Below, one piece after another: positions 20,175-27,439 of a stretch of 64,000 bases of DNA; position 1 is the first letter of the stretch, and each line of letters begins with the position of its first letter. Source of the DNA: Spirochaetia bacterium. GTDB taxonomy: Bacteria; Spirochaetota; Spirochaetia; SZUA-6; Bin103. The stretch covers positions 2,528,001 to 2,592,000 of the forward strand of contig OZ241907.1 of NCBI GenBank assembly GCA_965203515.1, given 5' to 3'. Position numbers and translations under genes: made by a program. The notes beneath the pieces were generated by a model. The model was not told the origin of the DNA. It was given only the letters and a program-made list of their open reading frames with translations, and did not search any database.

Positions 20175-20918
20175 ATGGAAGCGCTCATCCAGCCCACGCC
20201 CGCGCACGTCCTGAACGAGGATACGCGCGCCGCGCTCCGGCAGATAAACACGACCGCGGTGGTCGATACGCTGGCCAACGCCGGCTATGCCGCCCGCTAT
20301 ACGCTCATGCCGAACCTGTGGAGCATGAATCCGGGCGCGCGGCTGGTGGCCAGGGCGGTGACCGTCCGGTTCCTCCCGGCGCGGCCGGACGGCGTGGCCG
20401 ACAAGCCGGCCGGCGAGCAGTCCGCCGAGTACGTCGCCTTCGAGCAGGCCGGACCGGGCGACGTGATCGTCATGGAGGCGATGCGCTCGACGCTGATGTC
20501 CGTCGGCGGCGACATCAAGTTCCTCCGTCTCAAGCAGCGCGGCGTGGACGGCCTGATCTGCGACGGCGGCATCCGCGACATGGACACCGTCAAGGAGTAC
20601 GGTCTGTCGCTCTGGGGTCTGGGCCGGACGGCGGCGCTCGGCACGCAGTTCGGCTTCCCGTACACTGCCAACGACGCGGTTTCGGTCGACGGCGTGCTGG
20701 TGCGCCCCGGTGACTACCTGGTCGCGGACGACGACGGCGTGGTGGTCATCCCGCGCTCCATCGCGCCCGAGATCGCCCGCCTGACGATCGAGCGCGACGA
20801 CCTGGAGGAGTGGATCCGCCGCCACCTCGACCGGGAGCACCGTTCCCCGGGCCGGTACTATCCTCCCGACGAGAAAACCTACGCCCGGTACCGCGCGTGG
20901 AAGGCGCAGCAGCGATAA
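20175..20918 (+). CDS. RraA/HMG-aldolase family protein
   Basis: RAVTVRFLP, DGGIRD and VRPGDYLVADDDGVVVIP. Confidence 0.85.
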   Translation: MEALIQPTPAHVLNEDTRAALRQINTTAVVDTLANAGYAARYTLMPNLWSMNPGARLVARAVTVRFLPARPDGVADKPAGEQSAEYVAFEQAGPGDVIVMEAMRSTLMSVGGDIKFLRLKQRGVDGLICDGGIRDMDTVKEYGLSLWGLGRTAALGTQFGFPYTANDAVSVDGVLVRPGDYLVADDDGVVVIPRSIAPEIARLTIERDDLEEWIRRHLDREHRSPGRYYPPDEKTYARYRAWKAQQR

Positions 20919-21048
20919 CGACGGCTCAGGCCGCGTCCGTGACGCCGGCATGCGAGCGGCCGTCGATCTGACGAAAGATGGAGAACGACATGATGAATGC
21001 TCAGGAGACGGACCGGAAGGTAAGCGCTACCTTGAGGTCGGCTTGGAC

Positions 21049-21603
21049 TCATGTACGCCCAAGGCCGATCAACTGATTGAGACTTGCCCTCTGTTCAGGT
21101 TGTGCATAGCGGACGTAGCGCCGTAACTCCAGACCCGCGTTGATCGCGGCGGCAATCTGGCCGTATCCCTCATGTTCTCCCTGAATCGGCTCATCGTAGT
21201 TGATGTCGAACCAGCGACGGACTTCCGACCAGCGCCACAGGCGATAACGTGTCCGAGGATCGGTTACGGGGGCCGGGAATCTTCCCGGCCCCCGTTCATT
21301 CGTGATAAGTAAGCGAACACTCTCGCGAGTACGACCGGTACGTGCGGCGATGTCGGCCATGGAAACCAGCCCGCCACCAGCCAGCCGAATCACTTCGACA
21401 TCGGGAAGGCGTTCAAGGTCCGCGATCGCCGACAGAATAGCAGTCTCCGGACTCGGGGCCTCCCGATCGAAATCCAGATACTGTATTCCGTCAGTACGAC
21501 CGACAAGCGCATCATCACACCCGTTTTCAAAAAGAACGTCCATGGCCGCATCACTTTGCAGATCAGGACCTTCCACTATCAAAGTAAACTGGTAAGAAGA
21601 CAT
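21049..21603 (-). CDS. HicB-like N-terminal domain plus HTH DNA-binding protein (putative antitoxin)
   Basis: YQFTL..LFENGCDDA..DFDREA..AILSAIADL followed by HTH LVSMADIAARTGRTRESVRLL and FPAP..LWRWSEV; lies downstream of a small basic ORF. Confidence 0.65.
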   Translation of the reverse strand: MSSYQFTLIVEGPDLQSDAAMDVLFENGCDDALVGRTDGIQYLDFDREAPSPETAILSAIADLERLPDVEVIRLAGGGLVSMADIAARTGRTRESVRLLITNERGPGRFPAPVTDPRTRYRLWRWSEVRRWFDINYDEPIQGEHEGYGQIAAAINAGLELRRYVRYAQPEQRASLNQLIGLGRT

Positions 21604-21631
21604 ATGATGATCGTCAGGATTTACCAAGTAT

Positions 21632-21853
21632 TCAATGCGGGCATCGTCGAAGCGCGAGGCGAATCTGTTTCGCATGGTTTCCGGGACTACGTGGCGTAGA
21701 CCAGATTGAAACCTGGCAGCCAGCCCTGCCGGGCTCGCTACATTTCATGACTCCCCAACGGTGTCCGTCAGCAACAGTTACCGTCCACCCTGCTGCTTCT
21801 GCATCAGCAAGGGCTTCCTCAACTTCCTTCTTTGGGTGGCGCGTTCTTGCCAT
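21632..21853 (-). CDS. Small HicA-like protein (putative toxin)
   Basis: 73 aa; HPKKEVEEAL..AGW..GHRWG..SIWSTP, with the G-H of the HicA fold; GGAG upstream of ATG. Confidence 0.55.
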   Translation of the reverse strand: MARTRHPKKEVEEALADAEAAGWTVTVADGHRWGVMKCSEPGRAGCQVSIWSTPRSPGNHAKQIRLALRRCPH

Positions 21854-22094
21854 GCCATCTCCGCGAACCAAACATGTGGTGCACTGATGTGCTCCTTTCC
21901 CAGATGGGATTGTAATATCTCGTCACCGTTCTTGACCGTACGCGGTGATTCCCACGCCAGATCAACGGCGGTCGAGTTGACCGCACCAATGCGGCCGCCC
22001 GGAAACGACGGTCCGGATAGCGCCTGCTCGCCGCCAACCCAGCCCGTCCCCTGATGGGCACGCGAGATTGGTCGACGAACAAGTACATGGCGCA

Positions 22095-22123
22095 AAGGTA
22101 CCTGTTATGTTGGTCTATGTCAA
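22095..22123 (-). promoter_or_regulatory. Putative sigma-70 promoter facing the HicAB-like pair
   Basis: TTGACA-17 bp-TACCTT on the minus strand. Confidence 0.5.
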
Positions 22124-22227
22124 CACCCGGCTTCTCAACTGATAATTAACTCAGGGGTAGACAATTGCAACAGTAGCAGGGCGCGGAGATCGCCGCGCTA
22201 GGCGGCGGAACCGCGCCACGGCGCGCT

Positions 22228-22380
22228 GTGGACGCGATGCGCGCAACCGGCCATCGATTGGGCACGATGAAGCCGTCGGTGAGCAGCCTCGACCGGCTGC
22301 CGAAGCAGCTGAGCGAGCGCTGGAAGCAAACACCGGAAGCGTTCGAGGAGGCGCATCTGCGCGCCACCCAGCGTGGCGCA
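22228..22380 (+). pseudogene. Transposase fragment (ISKra4/ISLre2-like)
   Basis: GC-rich patch within AT-richer DNA encoding LGTMKPSVSSLDRLPKQLSERW..EAFE, which I recall as the MxPSxSSLDRLPK segment of such transposases; not database-checked. Confidence 0.4.
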
Positions 22381-22440
22381 CACACCACATCTCTCTATTC
22401 ACTATTGTTGAACGATTTGTGCGTTCGAGCAGAAAACTAA

Positions 22441-23901
22441 CTAACCCGTCATGAACCGGTCGAGATCATCGGTCGAATCCAAAATGAGGTCTTCAGAGAC
22501 CTTCATCTTGCGCGCTAATTCGACTGATTTCCTTAGCCGAAGAGCCGTGTTCGTATCAGGATCGAATGCGGCCTTGCAGATCCTGTCGAACTCCCCGAAG
22601 TACCCGTCCAATTTCTTCATCACTGCTCTGCATTCGTCGTCAAGACGCTCAATGGCCCTTTGTCCAAAGGAGTCCAGACGTCGGATCATCTCGTCCGTGC
22701 TACTCATCAGGCCTTTCTTGATCACGGACGCGACTATCTTCCCAGATATACTCCCAAGAAAGGCACCCAGTAGCGGTATGGGAATGACTGTTTGCCCAGC
22801 AAAGGCAGCTATTCCAACTATGGCAGCATCGCAAGCTACCAGACAAGATGCTTCAGCGAATTGGTCTGCATCAATCTCCCCGGAACGGCAGCTACGTCGT
22901 AGTTCTCTGATCCCAAGGACCGCGCTTACCAGAGACCCTGCAAACGGTGCGGCAAGATCAGTCAGATTGGTCAACCCGTAGAGGGCGCTCCCCGAGACTG
23001 CGCCACCAAATATCCCCTTACCGGCCGCTCTGCAGACATCATCCCAATCTGCCGCTGTGAAGTCCCCAGAGAACAGATTCCTCCCGTTTCTAGATTTATC
23101 AATGAGCGCGTGGACGATGCCAACGCCTGCCCCGGCAACTCCACCTAATGCGGCCGTTTGCCCTAGTCCCTCCAAGGACGGCCCGTGATCATCGAGGATT
23201 CGTTCCTTTATATCTGAGGAACGATCCTTGATGTCGATCTCGCGCTGCTCCAGAGCATCATGTACATGGTCTCGGTGGCTCTCTTGATATGTGAGTTCAC
23301 CCCGATGGATGGCTTCCATCGGGTCACGACCAAGCTCTCCTTCAATCTGTTCCAGCTTGGAGCGAATATTACCGACCTTTGTTCGAGACAGTCCTTGGAT
23401 CGTTCCTGTGTCTCGAAGTTCAATGATTTGTTCATGCTGATCACGCGGAATAACGAATTCGAAGTCGTCGCCATCGATGTTGGCGCCGAATTGATCGATG
23501 TGATCGCGAATGTGATTCAGGCTGCTGGAAGTAGAATGAGCATATTTCATCTGAACCGGTGTATCGCCATCCCAAAAATCTATCGGTCCCTTACGACCTG
23601 ATCCTCCGAATGTAGTATTCGGCTCCCTGCCCTCAACGAGGTCCTTTGCTCTGAGAATTGCAACGTGCACGCTCTCTGCAATCTCGCCGTGCTGGGTATT
23701 TTGTGGGCCGCGCGGGCCGTTCGTAAGTGGATCTATAAAGTCGCGGGCTTCCTCGAACTCCTCCAGAGCCTTGTCCAAGGCTCTGTCTTGCGCCGTATCA
23801 TGTTCCGCAACCAATTTACTACGCTGGGCTTTCCCTCGTAGGGCGTAGCTCGCGATTATCTGTGCCGAGACATGCTGACCTCGGTCATTCAGTCGTCTCA
23901 T
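22441..23901 (-). CDS. Hypothetical protein: PD-(Q)xK nuclease-like N-terminus, glycine-zipper hydrophobic helices, C-terminal helical region
   Basis: 486-aa ORF; HGEIAE...PIDF...VQMKY; hydrophobic segments AALGGVAGAGVGIV, GIFGGAVSGSALYG and IPIPLLGAFLGSISG; ATGA overlap with the upstream gene. Confidence 0.8.
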   Translation of the reverse strand: MRRLNDRGQHVSAQIIASYALRGKAQRSKLVAEHDTAQDRALDKALEEFEEARDFIDPLTNGPRGPQNTQHGEIAESVHVAILRAKDLVEGREPNTTFGGSGRKGPIDFWDGDTPVQMKYAHSTSSSLNHIRDHIDQFGANIDGDDFEFVIPRDQHEQIIELRDTGTIQGLSRTKVGNIRSKLEQIEGELGRDPMEAIHRGELTYQESHRDHVHDALEQREIDIKDRSSDIKERILDDHGPSLEGLGQTAALGGVAGAGVGIVHALIDKSRNGRNLFSGDFTAADWDDVCRAAGKGIFGGAVSGSALYGLTNLTDLAAPFAGSLVSAVLGIRELRRSCRSGEIDADQFAEASCLVACDAAIVGIAAFAGQTVIPIPLLGAFLGSISGKIVASVIKKGLMSSTDEMIRRLDSFGQRAIERLDDECRAVMKKLDGYFGEFDRICKAAFDPDTNTALRLRKSVELARKMKVSEDLILDSTDDLDRFMTG

Positions 23902-24791
23902 ACGACCTTCTTCTGAATGAGTTCGCCCAGTGTTCGTATATGGTTGATGACAGCGGCCAGCCGCTCCTTTGAGGCTTTGTCGAACTTGCTATAATCGGAT
24001 GGTGCGGATTGTCGGAGCACGGCGAGGTCGCTAAGACATCCGTCCGCATGGGCCTTCGTCGCTTTGGCCAATCCTACTATCTCTCGATGCGCAGTCTGCA
24101 ACGAACGGACTTCTGCCTCAATCTTGATCATAATCTCCTGCGCCTTCATCGCGAGTTTCCGGTTGCGTCTACGCATAAAAACACCGGTGCCAACTACTGC
24201 CGCCCCGCCGATGGCCCAGCCAACAGGACCTGCGAGAGCGAGAAAAGCACTACCGGCAGCCATTCCTCCTCCACCTGCGGCCAGCGCGCCACCGCCGAGC
24301 CAAGCGAGTGCCGCGCTAGTCGCAGCAGCGCCCGACAAGGCGGAGATCGCCGTACCTGTGGATGCCACACCGAATGTTGTAGCAACTGCCATCGCCGCGG
24401 TCGGCCCGAACGCTGCCACTGCCACGCCCGTACCAGCGACGGCTGTTCCTGTAGCGGTGCCGATCTTGACAGCTTGGGTCGCCCCGACTTGGATTTCGTG
24501 CACGATTTGATTAAATCGGCATGTCTCGATCCGGTATTCTTGGACGGTTCTATCGAATTCCTTCGGGCTGTTGGATAGTCCGTTTACGTACGTCTCGACG
24601 ACTTCCACGACTTCTCGGGCCGCTCGCTTCCGCTGGTCAAAGAGCGCAGCCATATCCTGATGCACCAGATTCTGGATGTTCTCGTGGTTCTTGACTGCTT
24701 TCTCTAGCTTCTCTCGTTCTTTCTTGAGTAATTGTCTGTTCAGCACGTGATCCCGCACCTCCTGGCTCATCTGCTCGGAGCGGCCGTTCAC
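23898..24791 (-). CDS. Hypothetical helical protein with long Gly/Ala-rich hydrophobic core (start GTG 24791 or ATG 24770)
   Basis: Charged helical N- and C-regions flank about 95 aa of GTATGTAVAG...FGVASTGTAISALSGAAATSAALAWLGGGALAAGGGGMAAG...GPVGWAIGG; GGAGG upstream of the GTG. Confidence 0.8.
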   Translation of the reverse strand: MNGRSEQMSQEVRDHVLNRQLLKKEREKLEKAVKNHENIQNLVHQDMAALFDQRKRAAREVVEVVETYVNGLSNSPKEFDRTVQEYRIETCRFNQIVHEIQVGATQAVKIGTATGTAVAGTGVAVAAFGPTAAMAVATTFGVASTGTAISALSGAAATSAALAWLGGGALAAGGGGMAAGSAFLALAGPVGWAIGGAAVVGTGVFMRRRNRKLAMKAQEIMIKIEAEVRSLQTAHREIVGLAKATKAHADGCLSDLAVLRQSAPSDYSKFDKASKERLAAVINHIRTLGELIQKKVV

Positions 24792-24849
24792 ATAAGCATG
24801 CCTCCGTTTCCCTACCATGGGAGATTGAGATTGTCAAGCACCGGCGGTC

Positions 24850-25872
24850 TCACTCCTGGGCACGTTCCGGCAGCGGCTGCAAACGCCGCGCGTTATCCAT
24901 CGAGCACCGGATGCCGGCAGCCCGTAGCCGCTCGGTGAACGCCCGGCTCGTGAACTGCCTGCCCTGATCGGTGTTGAAGACCTGCGGCCGTCCGTACCGC
25001 CGCAACGCCTCGTCGAGCGCCGCGAGGCAGAACGCGGTGTCCAACGTGTTGCTCAGCCGCCACGCCAGCACCCGCCGGCTCGCCCAGTCCATGACCGCCA
25101 CCAGGTACAGATATCCTTCCTGTACCGGAATGTAGGTGATGTCGGCGCACCACACGTGGTTCGCCCGCTCGATGCTCAGGCCGCGCAGCAGATACGGGTA
25201 CACGCAGTGTTCAGGATGCGCCGTGCTGGTGCGCGGCTTGCGGTAGATCGCCTCCAGGCCGAGCAGGTGCATCAGCCGGCGCACCCGGGGCGGCCGACCG
25301 TCACTTCCTCCTGTTCAAGATGGCGCGCCATCTGGCGGCTGCCGTAGAACGGGTAGCACAGGTACAACTGGTCGATGCGGCGCATCAGCGCCAAGGTCTC
25401 GGCGCTGTGGCCCTGCGGCGCGTAGTACAGCGTGGAGCGACTCATCGCCAGCAGCCGGCACTGCCGGCTGACGCTCAGGTGTTGGTGGGCTCGATCGACC
25501 ATCGTGCGCCATTGGTCGCGGCTCAACGAGCGAGCCCGCGCGCTAAAAAATCGCGCTCCACGGTCAACTCGCCGATCTTGGCGTGCAGGTCGTGGATGAT
25601 CGCTTCGTGATCGTCCTGCCGGCGCTTGGCGCCGGTGGCGAACAGGTCGTGCAAGCCGTCGACGGCTTGCCGCTTCCAGTCGCTGACTTGGTTGGGATGC
25701 ACCGCGTGATCGGCGGCGATCGCCTGGATCGTGCGGTCGCCGCTGAGCGCTTCGAGCGCCACGCGCGCTTTGAACTCGGCGGTGAATGCCGCCGTTTCTT
25801 GGCCATCTGGTCGGCCCTCCTCAAAGGCCTGAGTACCCCTAGCAACCTGTCCAGTTTTCTAGGACCACCTCA
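24850..25872 (-). mobile_element. Decayed IS3-family element
   Basis: Left IR TGAGGTGGTCCTAGAAAACTGGACA from 25872; orfA (FTAEFKARVALEA..VHPNQVSDWK) frameshifted near its start; TTTTTTAG slippery site near 25545; orfB (YGSRQM, WCADITY, FNTDQGRQFTS) frameshifted near 25290 and truncated after SMD; no right IR seen. Confidence 0.92.
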
Positions 25873-25927
25873 TGCAATCGGCCCAATCGGTGTGATAGAT
25901 TGCAAGCGATGAGAGCTCAGGACTGAC

Positions 25928-27439
25928 GTGATCCGTAGATCGGTCCGCCGCTGGCGGGTCCCGGCTGTGGCGATCCTGCTGGCGGCGGCGGGCGGCGCGC
26001 CGGCGATCGCGCAGACCTGGAGTGAATCGGTCGCGGCCTATGACGCCGGGGACTTCGTCACCGCGTACCGGGGATTCAGGAACCATGCGGGACGGGGTGA
26101 CGCGGCCGCTCAGTACCGGCTGGGGGTCATGTACTACCTGGGGCGCGGCGTATCCCGGGACTTGGCGAACGCGGCGGCGTGGTACGCGCGCGCCGCCGAA
26201 CAGGGCGACGTCGACGCTCAGGTCAGCCTGGGGCTCATGTACGCCGAAGGCCGCGGCGTCCCCCGGAATGACGCCGAGGCGCTGCGGTGGTATCGCCGCG
26301 CCGCCGATCTGGACGATCCCGCCGGCCAGTATCTCGCCGGCGCCGCATACCACAGCGGCCGCGGCGTTCCCAAGGACGTGGCGAAAGCCGCAACGTGGTT
26401 CCGCCGCGCCGCCGAACAGGGACACCCGAACGCGCAGTCCTCCCTCGGCTTTCTCTACCGGGATGGCTCAGGCGTCCCGCAGGACCATGCCGAAGCGGCG
26501 CGATGGTTCCGCAGCGCCGCCGAGCGGGGCGACGTACGCGCTCAGACCGTCCTTGGCTACATGCATCGCGACGGTCTCGGCGTCGATCAGGACCACGCCG
26601 CAGCCGCAACGTGGCTCCGCCGGGCCGCCGAGCGGGGCGACCCGGACGCCCAGTCCGGCCTGGGCGCCAGCTACTACGTCGGGCACGGCGTTCCCCAGGA
26701 CTACGTCGAAGCGGCGGCGTGGTTCCGCCGCGCCGCCGAGCAGGGCCACGCCTACGCCCAGTCCCGGCTCGCTGCCATGTACCTGGACGGTTCGGGCTTC
26801 CCGCGGGACTTTGCCGAAGCTGCGGCGTGGTTGCGCCGCATCGCCGAACAGGGCCACCCCGCCGCCCAGTATCGGGTAGCGATCATGTACGGGGTCGGCA
26901 TCGGCGTTTCCCAGGACTACGCCGAAGCGATGCAATGGTTCCGTCGCGCCGCCGAGCAGGGCCACGACGAGGCTCGATACATCGTCAGGCACTCCTCGAA
27001 CGGTCAGGTCCCGCCGGCCTTGGCCCGAGAGGTCGCAAAGTGGTTCCGCAACGCCGCCGAACAGGGAGACGTGGTCGCTCAGTACACGATCGGCAACATG
27101 TACTACGCCGGGCAGGGCGTTGGCCAGGATCATGCGGAAGCCGCCGCCTGGTACCGGCGCGCCGCCGAACAGGGCGCCGCCGACGCTCAGTTAGCCATCG
27201 GGACCATGTACGACCAAGGCCTGGGGGTGGAGCAGGACGACGTCCGGGCTCACACGTGGCACGACCTCGCTGCGTCGCGGTTTCAGTCAGCGGAACGGCG
27301 GGAAGCGGCCGTGCGCTCCCGGGATCGAATCGCCGCGCGACTCTCCCCGTCCCGCCTGGAGCAGGCCCGCCGTCTGGCACGGGAATGGCGGGCCGCGCAT
27401 GAGGCGAGCGCGCCGGCTACGGACGCCGCCGCTCAGTGA
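25928..27439 (+). CDS. Secreted Sel1-like repeat protein (about 11 repeats)
   Basis: Signal peptide; 36-aa repeats AQxxLGxMYxxGxGVxQDxxEAxxWFRRAAEQG. Confidence 0.95.
   Translation: MIRRSVRRWRVPAVAILLAAAGGAPAIAQTWSESVAAYDAGDFVTAYRGFRNHAGRGDAAAQYRLGVMYYLGRGVSRDLANAAAWYARAAEQGDVDAQVSLGLMYAEGRGVPRNDAEALRWYRRAADLDDPAGQYLAGAAYHSGRGVPKDVAKAATWFRRAAEQGHPNAQSSLGFLYRDGSGVPQDHAEAARWFRSAAERGDVRAQTVLGYMHRDGLGVDQDHAAAATWLRRAAERGDPDAQSGLGASYYVGHGVPQDYVEAAAWFRRAAEQGHAYAQSRLAAMYLDGSGFPRDFAEAAAWLRRIAEQGHPAAQYRVAIMYGVGIGVSQDYAEAMQWFRRAAEQGHDEARYIVRHSSNGQVPPALAREVAKWFRNAAEQGDVVAQYTIGNMYYAGQGVGQDHAEAAAWYRRAAEQGAADAQLAIGTMYDQGLGVEQDDVRAHTWHDLAASRFQSAERREAAVRSRDRIAARLSPSRLEQARRLAREWRAAHEASAPATDAAAQ

Noticed and set aside
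21819..22088. 89-aa ORF positioned as a leaderless transcript from the TTGACA/TACCTT promoter
   Set aside because: Arg-rich, no protein-like pattern, and overlaps the HicA-like start; unsupported
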